The notes under the pieces were generated by a model. The model was not told where the DNA came from. It worked only from the letters and a program-made list of their open reading frames with translations, and did not search any database. Positions 1-18,542 of a stretch of DNA of 32,000 nucleotides are shown here, one piece after another; within the stretch, counting starts at the first letter, position 1; every line of letters starts with the position of its first letter. The stretch lies in NCBI RefSeq assembly GCF_000012925.1, contig NC_007517.1, forward strand, positions 690,001 through 722,000. The letters are read 5' to 3'. This DNA comes from Geobacter metallireducens GS-15. Its GTDB lineage: Bacteria; Desulfobacterota; Desulfuromonadia; Geobacterales; Geobacteraceae. Position numbers and translations under genes: made by a program.

Positions 1-1388
1 TTCTCCGGGCCATCTTCGGCGAAAAAGCTGGAGACGTTCGCGACACCTCCCTGCGTGTTCCGCCGGGGGTCGAGGGGACAGTCATCGGCGCCAAAGTCTT
101 TTCCCGTAAAGGGAATGACAAAGACTCCCGTACCGAGATGATCGAACGGATGGAGGAGGAAAAGCTTCGCAAGGACGAGCAGGACGAGATCCGGATTATC
201 CGTGATTCTGCTGTCGGCAAGCTGAAAAGGCTTCTGGTCGGCAAGACCGCTGCCGTGAAGGTGGAGGACAAAAACGGCAAGACGGTTATCGCCAAGGATG
301 CCGCCATCACGGAAGAGGCCCTCACGGCAATCCCCCTCGATCGTTGGGATGAGATTTCGGTCAGTGGCGGGGAGGGGGTCGAGGAGAAGGTTGCTGCGAT
401 CCTTGCCACGCTCCAACAGCAGATTGATATCATAAAATATGTCTTTGACGATAAGGTCCAGAAGCTGAAACGAGGCGATGACCTTCCCCCGGGCGTTATC
501 AAGATGGTCAAGGTTTACATTGCCATCAAGCGCAAGCTTCAGGTCGGCGACAAGATGGCAGGCCGCCACGGTAACAAGGGTGTTGTGTCCCGTATCCTCC
601 CCGAGGAAGACATGCCGTACATGGAGGATGGCCGTCCCGTCGAGATCGTGCTGAACCCCCTGGGTGTTCCTTCCCGTATGAACGTGGGGCAGATCCTCGA
701 AACCCATCTGGGATGGGCTGCCAAGGGAATCGGCTGGAAGATCGAGGAAATGCTTGAGAAGCATTCTCCGTCTGCCACGATCAAGGAGTATCTCCAGAAG
801 GTTTACGGCTCCAAGGAAATGAATGCGTTCCTTGACTCTCTCAACGAGGAGGAACTGATAAACGTCGCCAAGCGTCTCCAACGCGGAGTTCCGATGGCGT
901 CGCCCGTCTTTGAGGGGGCTTCGGAGGAGCAGATTCGAAGCATGCTCGACAAGGCCGGTTTCGACGAGACCGCCCAGGTCAGACTTTTCGACGGCAAGAC
1001 CGGAGAACCCTTCAAGCACAAGGTCACGGTCGGGGTCATGTACGTCCTCAAGCTCCATCACCTGGTTGACGACAAGATCCACGCCCGGTCCATCGGCCCC
1101 TACAGCCTCGTGACCCAACAGCCTCTGGGCGGCAAGGCTCAGTTTGGTGGCCAGCGTCTCGGTGAAATGGAGGTCTGGGCCATGGAAGCATACGGCGCCG
1201 CCTATGCTCTCCAGGAATTCCTGACGGTGAAATCCGATGACGTTGCAGGCCGTACGCGCATGTACGAGGCCATTGTCAAAGGAAAGCATACCCTCGAGCC
1301 GGGACTCCCGGAGTCGTTCAACGTCCTGATAAAGGAACTCCAGTCGCTGTGTCTCGATGTGGAACTCCTGGAAGGCGACGAGGATTAG
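1..1388 (+). CDS. rpoB: DNA-directed RNA polymerase subunit beta, C-terminal ~461 codons (5' end upstream of window; in frame from nt 3)
   Basis: The frame is open from the window edge ([28 protein letters not shown]...) and runs into the 138..1388 ORF. Beta-subunit hallmarks are present: [54 protein letters not shown]. rpoC follows directly. Confidence 0.97.
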   Translation, partial: LRAIFGEKAGDVRDTSLRVPPGVEGTVIGAKVFSRKGNDKDSRTEMIERMEEEKLRKDEQDEIRIIRDSAVGKLKRLLVGKTAAVKVEDKNGKTVIAKDAAITEEALTAIPLDRWDEISVSGGEGVEEKVAAILATLQQQIDIIKYVFDDKVQKLKRGDDLPPGVIKMVKVYIAIKRKLQVGDKMAGRHGNKGVVSRILPEEDMPYMEDGRPVEIVLNPLGVPSRMNVGQILETHLGWAAKGIGWKIEEMLEKHSPSATIKEYLQKVYGSKEMNAFLDSLNEEELINVAKRLQRGVPMASPVFEGASEEQIRSMLDKAGFDETAQVRLFDGKTGEPFKHKVTVGVMYVLKLHHLVDDKIHARSIGPYSLVTQQPLGGKAQFGGQRLGEMEVWAMEAYGAAYALQEFLTVKSDDVAGRTRMYEAIVKGKHTLEPGLPESFNVLIKELQSLCLDVELLEGDED

Positions 1389-1465
1389 AGTTGGTCATCC
1401 AAGACATTGACCGCCTGAACGATCACATGAGCAGCAGCCACTCCTAAACAGAGGAGGATTAGACA

Positions 1466-5644
<4,179 letters not shown>

Positions 5645-5679
5645 CTCTCACGGTCAGATTGAAAGTAATGAAAAAAATC

Positions 5680-5708
5680 TTGACAAGGTGTTGTGTAGCT
5701 GCTAACTT
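5680..5708 (+). promoter_or_regulatory. Candidate sigma70 promoter of the rpsL-led ribosomal gene array
   Basis: TTGACA (5680-5685), a 17-nt spacer, then TAACTT (5703-5708). A TG at 5700-5701 gives an extended -10, and an A7 tract lies at 5671-5677. It sits in the only sizeable plus-strand gap (121 nt, rpoC to rpsL). This is a sequence match only. Confidence 0.5.
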
Positions 5709-5765
5709 TGTCGCTTCCGCAGGGCGAGTACCCCCTGGAGAAGCCGTTATTGGGAGAAACAGAGT

Positions 5766-6137
5766 ATGCCAACGATTAACCAGCTGATCCGCATCGGCAG
5801 GAAGAGTAAGAAGGAAAAGTCGAATTCCCCCGCGCTGAAGAGCTGTCCCCAGAAGCGTGGCGTCTGTACTCGGGTTTATACTACGACCCCTAAGAAGCCG
5901 AACTCTGCGTTGAGGAAAGTTGCAAGGGTTCGTCTGACAAATGGAATTGAGGTTAGTTCTTATATTCCGGGGGTTGGGCATAATCTTCAAGAGCACTCTG
6001 TAGTGCTTATTCGGGGTGGTCGGGTTAAGGACCTTCCTGGTGTTCGGTATCACATTGTTCGTGGTACGCTGGATTCTGTTGGTGTGAAGGATCGGAAGCA
6101 GGCTCGTTCCAAGTATGGCGCCAAGCGGCCCAAGTAA
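5766..6137 (+). CDS. rpsL: 30S ribosomal protein S12
   Basis: 123 aa, MPTINQLIR...[17 protein letters not shown]...[17 protein letters not shown]. First gene of the str-type order rpsL-rpsG-fusA-tuf. Confidence 0.98.
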   Translation: MPTINQLIRIGRKSKKEKSNSPALKSCPQKRGVCTRVYTTTPKKPNSALRKVARVRLTNGIEVSSYIPGVGHNLQEHSVVLIRGGRVKDLPGVRYHIVRGTLDSVGVKDRKQARSKYGAKRPK

Positions 6138-6159
6138 TCGACTTTGGTGAGAGGGTGAT

Positions 6160-6630
6160 ATGCCGAGAAGAAGAGAAGTAGCTAAACGGGTTATTCTTCC
6201 TGACCCCAAGTTTAACGACAGGGTTGTTGCGAAGCTTGTAAACGTTATTATGGTGGGCGGGAAAAAGAGTACAGCTGAGCGCGCGCTTTATGGTGCGCTT
6301 GAGGTGGTCTCTCAGAAGACAGGTGAAGAGGCGGTTAAGGTTCTTAAGAAGTGTCTTGATAATATTAAGCCGACTCTTGAGGTTAAATCGCGACGGGTTG
6401 GTGGTTCCACGTATCAGGTCCCTGTTGAGGTTCGTGCTGATCGTCGGGTTTCGCTTGCGATGCGTTGGCTTGTTAAGTACGCCAACGACCGTTCTGAGAA
6501 GACGGTTACTGATAAGCTTGCTGGTGAGATTCTTGATGTCTATAACAATCGTGGCGCTGCAGTTAAGAAGCGTGAGGATACTCACCGGATGGCTGAGGCG
6601 AACAGGGCTTTTGCGCACTACCGTTGGTAG
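6160..6630 (+). CDS. rpsG: 30S ribosomal protein S7
   Basis: 156 aa, [18 protein letters not shown]...[10 protein letters not shown]...AHYRW. Starts 22 nt after rpsL and is preceded by GAGAGGG. Confidence 0.98.
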   Translation: MPRRREVAKRVILPDPKFNDRVVAKLVNVIMVGGKKSTAERALYGALEVVSQKTGEEAVKVLKKCLDNIKPTLEVKSRRVGGSTYQVPVEVRADRRVSLAMRWLVKYANDRSEKTVTDKLAGEILDVYNNRGAAVKKREDTHRMAEANRAFAHYRW

Positions 6631-6667
6631 TTTTAGATAGGGTGAGTATAGGTAACTGGAGGATTTT

Positions 6668-8746
<2,079 letters not shown>

Positions 8747-8774
8747 TTTATTTCCATAGGGGGAGGAATCCTAC

Positions 8775-9965
<1,191 letters not shown>

Positions 9966-9983
9966 AGCAGGAACGAGGAAGAA

Positions 9984-10292
9984 ATGCCAAGTCAAAAAAT
10001 AAGAATCCGCCTTAAAGCTTTTGATCATAAGCTTCTTGATCAATCAGTAGGTGAGATAGTCGATACTGCAAAAAGAACAGGTGCGCGGGTTGCTGGGCCA
10101 ATCCCTCTCCCGACGATAATCAATAAGTATTGCGTCCTCCGGGGACCGCACGTGGACAAGAAGTCTCGAGAGCAGTTCGAAATCCGGACACATAAACGTC
10201 TCATCGATATTCTTGATCCAACACAGCAGACTGTCGACGCTCTCATGAAGCTTGATCTCTCTGCAGGCGTAGATGTTGAAATCAAGCTCTAA
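9984..10292 (+). CDS. rpsJ: 30S ribosomal protein S10
   Basis: 102 aa, [21 protein letters not shown]...RTHKRLIDI. Starts only 18 nt after the tuf stop. First gene of the S10-type order. Confidence 0.98.
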   Translation: MPSQKIRIRLKAFDHKLLDQSVGEIVDTAKRTGARVAGPIPLPTIINKYCVLRGPHVDKKSREQFEIRTHKRLIDILDPTQQTVDALMKLDLSAGVDVEIKL

Positions 10293-10319
10293 TGCGAATG
10301 TAAGGATAGGAATTTTGCC

Positions 10320-10952
10320 ATGAAGAAGGGATTGATTGCGAAAAAGCTGGGTATGACCCAGATCTTTGCTGATGATGGCAGGCGCATTCCAGTAACTGTA
10401 GTAGAGGCTGGGCCGTGTATCGTCTTGCAAAAGAAGACTGTTGAGACAGACGGGTACAACGCTATTCAGGTAGGTTTTCTCGCGAAGGATGCCGACAAGT
10501 CGGGGCGCGCGCTTGTAGGTCACTGCAAGTCCGCTGGCCAAGGTGTCTTTACTTATATCCGTGAGTTCAGGGTGGAGGATGTCGACAGGTATACTATTGG
10601 CGACTCTATTACCGCTGAGATCTTTGCGCCGGGTGATTATGTCGATGTGACCGGAACAAGCATTGGTAAAGGTTTCCAGGGTGTCATTAAACGGTGGGGC
10701 TTCCGTGGAGGCCGTTCATCCCATGGTTCCTGCTTCCACCGGGCTCCCGGTTCGATCGGTAGTTCTGCATGGCCGTCGCGCGTGTTCAAAAATAAGAAAA
10801 TGCCAGGCCAACTCGGAAATGAGCGTGTTACGGTGCAACGTCTTCAAGTTGTCCGTGTTGACACAGCGGACAATCTGCTGCTGATCAGAGGGGCAATACC
10901 AGGCGCGAAGAATGGTATTCTGCTTCTCAAAGACAGTGTTAAAGCACGTTAG
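10320..10952 (+). CDS. rplC: 50S ribosomal protein L3
   Basis: 210 aa, [16 protein letters not shown]...[13 protein letters not shown]. Conserved order. Confidence 0.97.
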   Translation: MKKGLIAKKLGMTQIFADDGRRIPVTVVEAGPCIVLQKKTVETDGYNAIQVGFLAKDADKSGRALVGHCKSAGQGVFTYIREFRVEDVDRYTIGDSITAEIFAPGDYVDVTGTSIGKGFQGVIKRWGFRGGRSSHGSCFHRAPGSIGSSAWPSRVFKNKKMPGQLGNERVTVQRLQVVRVDTADNLLLIRGAIPGAKNGILLLKDSVKAR

Positions 10953-10974
10953 ACTTGCAGGACCGGAGATAGTT

Positions 10975-11598
10975 ATGGCTACAATCGACGTTTTCGATAT
11001 CAATAAGAACAAGGTAGGTGAGATGGACCTCAGTGACGCTGTCTTTAACGGCGACGTCAGGGAATATCTCATCCATGAAGCGGTTAAGGTTCAGCTTGCA
11101 AACCGTCGCGCAGGGACCGTTGGCGTAAAGAATCGTGCGGCTGTTTCTGGTGGAGGCAAAAAGCCCTTCAAGCAGAAAGGTACCGGGCAGGCTCGCCAGG
11201 GTTGCATACGTGCACCGCACTATGTCGGTGGCGGTGTTGCCTTTGGCCCTCAAGCTAAGACCTATGCACTTTCGATGAACAAAAAGGCCAGGAAGGCTGC
11301 GGTTCGATCAGCTCTGTCCATGCTTTTCAAAGAGAATAAGCTTTCAGTCCTAGATTGCTTGTCGCTGCCATCAATCTCGACAAAGGGTTTTGTTGGCGTT
11401 CTTAAAACGTTCGACGTGACGAAGACCCTTGTTATTATTGATGAGGCAAATACGAATCTTGAGTTGTCTGCGCGCAACGTGAAGGACGTTAAGGTTCTTA
11501 AAGCTGAGCATCTTAATGTTTTCGATATTGTTAAGTTTAACAATATCATACTCACTCAGTCAGCTGTTCGGAAGATCGAAGGAGCACTGCAGTCATGA
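10975..11598 (+). CDS. rplD: 50S ribosomal protein L4
   Basis: I chose the internal ATG at 10975 ([14 protein letters not shown]..., GGAG 6 nt upstream) over the ORF-track start at 10912. The track start would overlap rplC by 41 nt and add a non-conserved leader. Gives 207 aa. Confidence 0.93.
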   Translation: MATIDVFDINKNKVGEMDLSDAVFNGDVREYLIHEAVKVQLANRRAGTVGVKNRAAVSGGGKKPFKQKGTGQARQGCIRAPHYVGGGVAFGPQAKTYALSMNKKARKAAVRSALSMLFKENKLSVLDCLSLPSISTKGFVGVLKTFDVTKTLVIIDEANTNLELSARNVKDVKVLKAEHLNVFDIVKFNNIILTQSAVRKIEGALQS

Positions 11599-11879
11599 AT
11601 ATTTATGACATATTAAAAAAGCCTCTTGTAACGGAAAAGACCACTCTTGAAAAAGACGCAAAAAATGTGATCTCTTTCGAGGTTGACCGTAGCGCAAATA
11701 AGATAGAAATCAAGAATGCTGTCGAGAAACTTTTCAAGGTTGAAGTTTCTGAAGTAAATACTGTCAACGTGGCTGGCAAGCTGAAGCGTGTTGGTCGTCA
11801 CTATGGCAAGCGTTCGAACTGGAAAAAAGCCTATGTTACCCTCAAAGAGGGAAACAATGTTGATTTCTTTGAGATATAA
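11595..11879 (+). CDS. rplW: 50S ribosomal protein L23
   Basis: 94 aa, [20 protein letters not shown] overlap with the rplD stop, and AAGGAG lies upstream inside rplD. Confidence 0.97.
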   Translation: MNIYDILKKPLVTEKTTLEKDAKNVISFEVDRSANKIEIKNAVEKLFKVEVSEVNTVNVAGKLKRVGRHYGKRSNWKKAYVTLKEGNNVDFFEI

Positions 11880-11906
11880 ACACTTTGGCAGTGGAGTGAG
11901 CACATC

Positions 11907-12731
11907 ATGGCAATAAAGACTTACAAACCAACATCAGCAGGCCGTCGGCACCAGACGTGTTCAGCGTTTGACGAGATCACGACCTCTAGTCCGGAGAAAT
12001 CCCTTCTTCTTACATTGAAGAAGACAGGGGGGCGTAATAGCTTTGGTCGGATAACATCACGGCATATAGGTGGTGGTCATAAGAAAAAGTACAGGCTTGT
12101 GGATTTTCGTCGGAACAAGATTGATATTCCGGCAAAGGTTGCGAGCATCGAGTACGATCCCAACCGTAGCGCTCGTATTGCTCTACTGCATTACTCTGAC
12201 GGAGAAAAGCGCTATATTCTGGCCCCATTGAACCTTAAGGTGGGCGATGTGGTGCTGGCCAGCACCAGTGCTGATATCAAGCCAGGTAACTCTCTTCCTC
12301 TTCGCGCCATACCGCTGGGTACCATTATCCATAATATCGAACTTAAAATCGGTAAAGGTGGTCAACTGGCACGGAGCGCCGGGACCTTTGCGCAACTCAT
12401 GGCTAAGGAAGGGAAATATGCTCAGGTGAAGCTTCCGTCTGGCGAAGTACGGATGGTTTTGCTTGATTGTATGGCTACTGTTGGTCAGGTCGGTAATATC
12501 GATCATGAAAACGTGACGATTGGCAAGGCAGGTCGCTCGCGTTGGCTTGGCCGCAGACCGAAGGTTCGCGGTGTTGCCATGAACCCTGTCGATCACCCTC
12601 ACGGCGGTGGTGAAGGTCGGACCTCGGGTGGTCGTCACCCCGTGACACCGTGGGGTATTCCGACTAAAGGGTATAAGACCAGGAAAAATAAGACATCTTC
12701 ACGGTTTATCGTGAAGCCGCGTACTAAATAA
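11907..12731 (+). CDS. rplB: 50S ribosomal protein L2
   Basis: 274 aa, [14 protein letters not shown]...[16 protein letters not shown]. Confidence 0.98.
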
Positions 12732-12758
12732 TAACCACTTGGTTAAAGGATAGAGACC

Positions 12759-13040
12759 ATGGCACGTTCGATCAAAAAAGGCCCTTTTGTTGATGATCAT
12801 TTGGCAAAAAAGGTTGCTGCAGAAGGGACCGGCTCCAAAAAAGTTCTCAAGACTTGGTCGCGTCGTTCAACGATCACTCCGGATTTTATCGGTCTGACTT
12901 TTGCCGTTCACAACGGGAAAAAATTTATTCCTGTTTTTGTGACCGAAAATATGGTTGGACACAAACTTGGTGAGTTTGCTCCGACGAGAACATTTTACGG
13001 CCACGCAGCAGACAAGAAGAGCAAGTTGAAGAAGAAGTAA
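12759..13040 (+). CDS. rpsS: 30S ribosomal protein S19
   Basis: 93 aa, [15 protein letters not shown]...[14 protein letters not shown]. Confidence 0.98.
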   Translation: MARSIKKGPFVDDHLAKKVAAEGTGSKKVLKTWSRRSTITPDFIGLTFAVHNGKKFIPVFVTENMVGHKLGEFAPTRTFYGHAADKKSKLKKK

Positions 13041-13061
13041 CCGGTAAAAGGAGCCTAGAGA

Positions 13062-13394
13062 ATGGAAGCACGAGCTAAATTGTCATTTGCCCGCCTTTCC
13101 CCGCGGAAAACTCGTCTGGTTGTGGATATGGTGAGGGGTAGGGGCATACAGGATGCTCTCACTATACTTCGTTTTTCTCCGCAGCCGTCTGCAAAACTGG
13201 TATCGAAGCTTCTCCAGTCAGCAGTAGCTAACGCTGAGCAAAAGGGTGCATCAGACGTTGATAGACTATTCGTGAAAACGATTTTTGTTGACGCGGGGCC
13301 AGTTCTTAAGAGGTTTACTCCTCGTGCTATGGGGCGTGCCAGCAAAATCAGAAAGCCTACCAGCCATGTAACTGTAGTGCTGGCAGATAAGTAA
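13062..13394 (+). CDS. rplV: 50S ribosomal protein L22
   Basis: 110 aa, [26 protein letters not shown] upstream. Confidence 0.97.
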   Translation: MEARAKLSFARLSPRKTRLVVDMVRGRGIQDALTILRFSPQPSAKLVSKLLQSAVANAEQKGASDVDRLFVKTIFVDAGPVLKRFTPRAMGRASKIRKPTSHVTVVLADK

Positions 13395-13413
13395 TCGGAA
13401 TGGAGGTGATGTC

Positions 13414-14049
13414 TTGGGTCAGAAAGTAAATCCAATTGGATTCAGGCTTGGTGTAATCAGAACATGGGATTCGCGTTGGTATGCTGAAGCAGATTATGCG
13501 AAGCTGCTTCATGAAGATATCAAGTTGAGGAATTTCCTGAAAAAGCGCCTTTTTAACTCGGGTGTTTCCAAGATCGAGATTGAGCGTGCTGCCAGTAAGG
13601 CGAAGATCAATATCTTTACTGCTCGGCCTGGGCTTATAATCGGTAAGAAGGGTGCCGAGGTGGAAACTCTCAAGAAGGAGCTTGCCAAGCTTACTGACAA
13701 AGAGATCTACCTCAATATACAAGAAGTCAGGAAGCCCGAGCTGGATGCTCAACTGGTGTCGGAGAACGTAGCTCTCCAACTAGAGCGGCGCGTGGCTTTC
13801 CGCAGAGCAATGAAAAAAAGTGTAACTTCTGCGCTTAAGTTCGGTGCGAAGGGGATTAGGATTACATGCTCTGGTCGCCTTGGCGGAGCTGAAATGTCCC
13901 GAACTGAGTGGTACAGAGAGGGGCGCGTACCCTTGCATACGCTCCGGGCAGATATAGATTACGGCTTTGCTGAAGCCAAAACTACCTATGGGATTATTGG
14001 CGTAAAAGTTCTAATCTTTAAAGGTGAAGTTCTCCCCGGTCAAAAATAG
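13414..14049 (+). CDS. rpsC: 30S ribosomal protein S3
   Basis: 211 aa. The TTG start follows GGAGGTGA. The N-terminus [13 protein letters not shown] matches the universal S3 start, so TTG is the only compatible in-frame start. Confidence 0.96.
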   Translation: MGQKVNPIGFRLGVIRTWDSRWYAEADYAKLLHEDIKLRNFLKKRLFNSGVSKIEIERAASKAKINIFTARPGLIIGKKGAEVETLKKELAKLTDKEIYLNIQEVRKPELDAQLVSENVALQLERRVAFRRAMKKSVTSALKFGAKGIRITCSGRLGGAEMSRTEWYREGRVPLHTLRADIDYGFAEAKTTYGIIGVKVLIFKGEVLPGQK

Positions 14050-14067
14050 AAACAGGAGTTTTTCCCA

Positions 14068-14490
14068 ATGTTGATGCCCAAAAGAGTTAAGTATAGAAAG
14101 CAAATGAAGGGGCGCATGACGGGCGCTGCAATGCGCGGGGCCACACTGTCGTACGGTGATTTCGGTCTCCAGGCAACGGAGTGTGGATGGGTTGATTCCC
14201 GTCAGATAGAGGCTGCTCGTATTGCAATGACGCGTTATATCAAGAGGGGCGGAAAAATCTGGATTCGTATGTTTCCAGATAAGCCACTCACATCAAAGCC
14301 GGCTGAAACACGGATGGGAAAGGGTAAAGGATCGCCCGATTCATGGGTCTGTGTAGTGAAGCCCGGTAAAGTGCTCTACGAAATGGAGGGCGTCAGCGAG
14401 GAAATTGCACGTGAGGCGTTCCGCCTTGCTGCGAACAAGCTTCCTGTCGGGACGAAATTCATTTCCAGGAAGGAAGGTTATGAAAGCTAG
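14068..14490 (+). CDS. rplP: 50S ribosomal protein L16
   Basis: 140 aa, [16 protein letters not shown]. Confidence 0.98.
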
Positions 14491-14668
14491 TGACCTTAAA
14501 AATATGTCGGTCGAAGAACTGACGGCGAAGAATGTGGAACTGACTAAAGAGTTATTTAATTTGAGGTTCCAACTTCATACCGGAAGACTCGAGAATACAG
14601 CTAAAATCTCGGCTGTTAAGAAAGATATCGCTAGGGTAAATACTTTCCTCAGCGAAAGAAGGGGCTAG
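14480..14668 (+). CDS. rpmC: 50S ribosomal protein L29
   Basis: I chose the internal ATG at 14480 ([17 protein letters not shown]..., 62 aa), which is preceded by AAGGAAGG and overlaps the rplP stop by 11 nt. The track start at 14405 would add 25 non-conserved residues inside rplP. Confidence 0.93.
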
Positions 14669-14675
14669 AGAAGCT

Positions 14676-14933
14676 ATGAGTCAGCGCGGGAACAGAAAGA
14701 CCCAAGTCGGCATTGTTGTGAGTGATAAAATGGATAAGACTGTTGTAGTGCAGGTTTCACATCTTGTGAAACATCCTGTCTATAACAAGTACATAAAGCG
14801 AAGTGTCAAATACAAAGCTCATGACGAAGAAAACAGCTGCAAGTCTGGCGATAGGGTACAAATCGTTGAGACTCGTCCATTGAGTAAGGACAAGCGCTGG
14901 AGAGTTCGTCAGATAATCGATAGGTTCGAGTGA
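14676..14933 (+). CDS. rpsQ: 30S ribosomal protein S17
   Basis: 85 aa, ...[16 protein letters not shown]...[11 protein letters not shown]. Confidence 0.97.
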   Translation: MSQRGNRKTQVGIVVSDKMDKTVVVQVSHLVKHPVYNKYIKRSVKYKAHDEENSCKSGDRVQIVETRPLSKDKRWRVRQIIDRFE

Positions 14934-14946
14934 TCGGGAGTAAGCC

Positions 14947-15315
14947 ATGATTCAGATGCAGACCATTTTGGATGTTGCGGATAATTCCGGAGCCAGAAAG
15001 CTATTTTGTATAAAGGTTCTTGGCGGATCCAAAAGAAAATATGCTGGAATTGGTGATATTATTGTTGCTTCTGTAAGAGAAGCGATTCCGAATTCCAAAG
15101 TGAAAAAGGGTGATGTCGTCAAGGCGGTAATTGTTAGAACCGCCAAAGAGGTTGGACGCCTTGACGGTTCGTACATCCGTTTTGACGATAATTCGGCTGT
15201 GGTTATTAACAATCAGCGTGAACCTGTCGGCACTCGGATCTTCGGTCCGGTCGCAAGAGAACTGAGGGCGCGGAAATTCATGAAAATTGTGTCTCTTGCA
15301 CCTGAGGTTCTGTAA
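14947..15315 (+). CDS. rplN: 50S ribosomal protein L14
   Basis: 122 aa, [18 protein letters not shown]. Confidence 0.98.
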
Positions 15316-15336
15316 TACATTTCGAGGAGATATTCC

Positions 15337-15663
15337 ATGCTCGACAAGAAATTTCACGTTAAAAAAGGCGACACCGTTTCTGTTATCGCCGGCAAAGATA
15401 AAAGCAAGACTGGTAAAGTAATCCGTATTCTTCCCAAGAAGGATGGTGTGCTTGTGGAAGGGCTTAACATGGTTAAGCGACACATGCGTGCTCGCGGGAA
15501 TGAACCAGGTGGCATTGTAGAGAAAGAGAACCCACTGCATGTTTCAAACGTTATGCTCTATTGTGACAAGTGCAAGAAACCGGTTCGCTCGAAGATGAAC
15601 GTGCTTGAGGACGGCAAGAAAGTTCGTGTTTGTATCAAATGCGGCGACTCGTTTGATAAATAG
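15337..15663 (+). CDS. rplX: 50S ribosomal protein L24 (C-terminal CxxC-x19-CxxC)
   Basis: 108 aa with the KOW-type segment [20 protein letters not shown]. Canonical position between rplN and rplE. Cys at residues 76, 79, 99 and 102. Confidence 0.97.
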
Positions 15664-15677
15664 GAACGGAGGAAGAG

Positions 15678-16217
15678 ATGGCCAGGCTGAATGAGCTTTA
15701 CAAGAACGAGATCGTCCCTCAGTTGACGAAGGACTTTGGATACTCGAACATAATGCAGGTTCCCAAGATTGAAAAGATAGTTGTTAACATGGGCCTTGGA
15801 GAGGCAATCCAGAATGTCAAGATCCTGGACTCGGCTGTCGAAGAGCTCGCCATGATAACTGGGCAGAAATCAGTTATTACAAAAGCAAAGAAATCTATCG
15901 CAAGTTTTAAACTGCGTCAAGGGATGCCCATTGGCTGTATGGTTACGCTTCGCCGTGAAAAGATGTTTGAATTCCTTGATCGGCTCATAAATGTAGCGCT
16001 TCCACGTGTTCGAGACTTTAAGGGTGTGTCGGGTAAGGGTTTTGATGGACGTGGCAATTATTCCCTTGGCATCAAAGAACAGCTTATTTTCCCTGAGATT
16101 GAATACGATAAGATCGACAAGATCAAAGGGCTCAACATAACCATAGTAACGTCAGCACGAAGCGATGAAGAAGGCAAGGCACTGCTCAAGCAACTTGGGA
16201 TGCCTTTCAGGAACTAA
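15678..16217 (+). CDS. rplE: 50S ribosomal protein L5
   Basis: 179 aa, [16 protein letters not shown]...NMGLGEA. Confidence 0.98.
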
Positions 16218-16235
16218 TATATTTGGAGGACGTCA

Positions 16236-16421
16236 GTGGCTAAAACATCGATGATCATAAAGGCACAACGGGGAAGCAAATTCAAGGTCCGTGAGTATAA
16301 CCGTTGCCCCCTCTGCGGACGGCCCCGTGCCTATTATCGTAAATTCGATATGTGCAGGATTTGTCTCAGAAAGCTGGCTAGTACCGGTCAGATTCCGGGA
16401 GTAATCAAGTCAAGCTGGTAA
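16236..16421 (+). CDS. rpsN: 30S ribosomal protein S14, short zinc-binding type Z
   Basis: 61 aa. GTG start preceded by [26 protein letters not shown] gives CxxC-x12-CxxC. Canonical position between rplE and rpsH. Confidence 0.96.
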   Translation: MAKTSMIIKAQRGSKFKVREYNRCPLCGRPRAYYRKFDMCRICLRKLASTGQIPGVIKSSW

Positions 16422-16456
16422 CGCAGTAAACTCGTTAAGAAAGAGGAGTACGCTCA

Positions 16457-16855
16457 ATGTCGATGACTGACCCTATTGCCGATATGCTCACAAGGATACG
16501 AAATGCCAGCATGGCAAAGCTCCAGAAGGTGGATATTCCGTCTTCTAACTTGAAAGTGAGCTTGGCGAATGTCCTTAAGGCAGAAGGTTTTATCAAGAAT
16601 TTTAAGGTGATCGCTGATAACAAGCAAGGCGTTTTGCGTGTTTATCTCAGATTTATTGATGAGAAAGAACCTGTCATCAGAGAGATAAAGCGTGTGAGTA
16701 AACCTGGTAGTAGGGTGTACGTTGGTAGTGATGAGATTCCTAGCGTGAAGAGTGGGATGGGGGTCGCTATTCTGTCAACGTCCAAGGGTATCCTCACCGA
16801 CAAGGTTGCTCGCGAGGCGGGCGTCGGCGGTGAAGTTATCTGTACTGTCTGGTAA
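16457..16855 (+). CDS. rpsH: 30S ribosomal protein S8
   Basis: 132 aa, [17 protein letters not shown]. Confidence 0.98.
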   Translation: MSMTDPIADMLTRIRNASMAKLQKVDIPSSNLKVSLANVLKAEGFIKNFKVIADNKQGVLRVYLRFIDEKEPVIREIKRVSKPGSRVYVGSDEIPSVKSGMGVAILSTSKGILTDKVAREAGVGGEVICTVW

Positions 16856-16884
16856 TAATAGAGAAGGTAAGGAGCATACAAGTC

Positions 16885-17424
16885 ATGTCCAGGATCGGCA
16901 AACGTCCTATTGAGATACCGAGCGGGGTAAAGGTTTCGTACGTAACTCCTATTCTGAAGGTCGAGGGGCCGAAGGGTTCGCTTTTACGCGAGATTATGAG
17001 CGACATCGCCCTTGAGATAGAGGAGAAGAGTGTTAGTGTTAATAGAGCCGATGATGCTATAAAGTCACGTTCGGCCCATGGCTTGACAAGAACGCTGATC
17101 AATAACATGGTCGTTGGTGTAACTAAAGGGTTCGAAAAAATACTTGAGATAAACGGCGTTGGTTATAGGGCAGAGGCAAAGGGCGATGTTCTTAGCCTTA
17201 GCCTTGGTTACTCTCATCCGATTAATTTTCCTCTCCCTAAAGGCATAACGGTTGAGGTGGATAAAATGACCAAGGTCTTTGTCAGAGGGATTGATAAAGA
17301 GCTCGTTGGCCAGACTGCAGCCAAGATTCGTTCTTTCCGCGGTCCCGAACCCTATAAGGGCAAGGGTATAAAGTATGCCGACGAGAGAATTCTGAGGAAG
17401 GCCGGCAAGACCGGCAAAAAATAG
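16885..17424 (+). CDS. rplF: 50S ribosomal protein L6
   Basis: 179 aa, [17 protein letters not shown]. Confidence 0.98.
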   Translation: MSRIGKRPIEIPSGVKVSYVTPILKVEGPKGSLLREIMSDIALEIEEKSVSVNRADDAIKSRSAHGLTRTLINNMVVGVTKGFEKILEINGVGYRAEAKGDVLSLSLGYSHPINFPLPKGITVEVDKMTKVFVRGIDKELVGQTAAKIRSFRGPEPYKGKGIKYADERILRKAGKTGKK

Positions 17425-17441
17425 CCTTAAGGAGAAGTAAC

Positions 17442-17807
17442 GTGAGTCCTCTCGCTCAGAAGAAAGTGGCTCACCTCAAGCGGAAGACGCGGGTGAGGAA
17501 GAAAATTCGTGGTACGACTGACCGGCCAAGGTTGAATGTATATAAGAGTGCCCGTCACATCTATGCACAGATAATTGACGATGTAACGGGTGTAACACTC
17601 GTATCTGCATCAACTGTACAAGATGAAAGCGATGCCCTCAAGTACACTGGTAACGTCGAGGCAGCGAAATGTGTCGGCGCCATGGTCGCAAAGAAGGCTC
17701 TGGAAAAGAATATTACTTCCGTTGTATTCGACCGTAACGGGTTTTTGTATCATGGAAGGGTCAAAGCCCTTGCTGATTCGGCTCGTGAGAACGGTTTGTC
17801 CTTCTAG
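17442..17807 (+). CDS. rplR: 50S ribosomal protein L18
   Basis: 121 aa. GTG start preceded by AAGGAG. ...[20 protein letters not shown]...[17 protein letters not shown]. Confidence 0.96.
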   Translation: MSPLAQKKVAHLKRKTRVRKKIRGTTDRPRLNVYKSARHIYAQIIDDVTGVTLVSASTVQDESDALKYTGNVEAAKCVGAMVAKKALEKNITSVVFDRNGFLYHGRVKALADSARENGLSF

Positions 17808-17825
17808 AAGGAACAACAAGGAGGC

Positions 17826-18320
17826 GTGAACTTGCAGAAGATCAATCCAAATGAATTGAACCTTACTGACAAAGTTGTCCATATCAGTCGGGTCGCGAAA
17901 GTTGTTAAAGGTGGTAGGCGGTTCAGCTTTTCGGCGCTTGTTGTTGTCGGCGACGGAAGCGGTTTTGTTGGCTATGGTTTGGGCAAGGCTAATGAAGTCC
18001 CTGAAGCCATCCGCAAGGGCGTGGAACAGGCAAAGAAAAATCTTATCAAGGTTCCGATTGTCGAAGGCCAGACAATCCCCTATGAAGTTTTAGGACACTT
18101 TGGTGCCGGTCGCGTGCTTATCAAACCGGCATCCGCAGGTACTGGTGTTATCGCCGGTGGCGCAGCCCGTGCTGTTTTCGAATCAGCGGGACTTCACAAT
18201 GTTCTCTCCAAGTGCCTTGGCTCAAACAATCCGCACAACGTTGTGAAGGCTGCTTTTGACGGGCTGAAACAACTTCGGAGCCCTGACGAGATTATGGCGC
18301 GGCGCGGAATGGCTGAATAG
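17826..18320 (+). CDS. rpsE: 30S ribosomal protein S5
   Basis: 164 aa from the GTG at 17826, ...[19 protein letters not shown]. The AAGGAGG ends only 1 nt before this GTG. The in-frame TTG at 17832 has better spacing, so the start is uncertain by 2 codons. Confidence 0.93.
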   Translation: MNLQKINPNELNLTDKVVHISRVAKVVKGGRRFSFSALVVVGDGSGFVGYGLGKANEVPEAIRKGVEQAKKNLIKVPIVEGQTIPYEVLGHFGAGRVLIKPASAGTGVIAGGAARAVFESAGLHNVLSKCLGSNNPHNVVKAAFDGLKQLRSPDEIMARRGMAE

Positions 18321-18342
18321 GACACATTTACGGAGGGTAAGC

Positions 18343-18522
18343 ATGTCTGCCGGACTGAAAATTACACTGATCAAGAGTCAGATTGGAGCCCCCACGGCAC
18401 AGAAAGCTGTTCTGAACGGTATGGGGCTCAATAAGCTCAATAAGACTGTTGTCTTGAAGAATACTCCAGAAATCGTTGGCATGATTGCCAAGGTTTCCCA
18501 TATGGTCAAGGTTGAAGAGTAA
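18343..18522 (+). CDS. rpmD: 50S ribosomal protein L30
   Basis: Not in the ORF track (59 aa). My hand translation is [65 protein letters not shown] lies upstream, and it fills the 222-nt gap between rpsE and rplO. Confidence 0.93.
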   Translation: MSAGLKITLIKSQIGAPTAQKAVLNGMGLNKLNKTVVLKNTPEIVGMIAKVSHMVKVEE

Positions 18523-18542
18523 TCTACTCAGAGGTGTCTGTG

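Noticed and set aside
5668-5787. A 39-aa ORF ([19 protein letters not shown]...) in the rpoC-rpsL gap that runs into rpsL
   Set aside because: It has no convincing SD. It overlaps the predicted promoter hexamers and the rpsL start in another frame. It is probably a chance ORF.
10912-10974. Longer N-terminal extensions offered by the ORF track for rplD (10912), rpmC (14405) and the HlyD adaptor (30346)
   Set aside because: The extensions overlap the upstream gene or lack an SD, and they add non-conserved residues. Internal ATGs with good SDs give the family-typical N-termini.
15001-15540. A 179-aa minus-strand ORF across rplN/rplX. The same applies to 19286..20011 opposite secY and 22118..22771 opposite rpsM/rpsK.
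   Set aside because: They overlap universally conserved genes on the opposite strand and span intergenic junctions without any start context. They have no recognisable domains.
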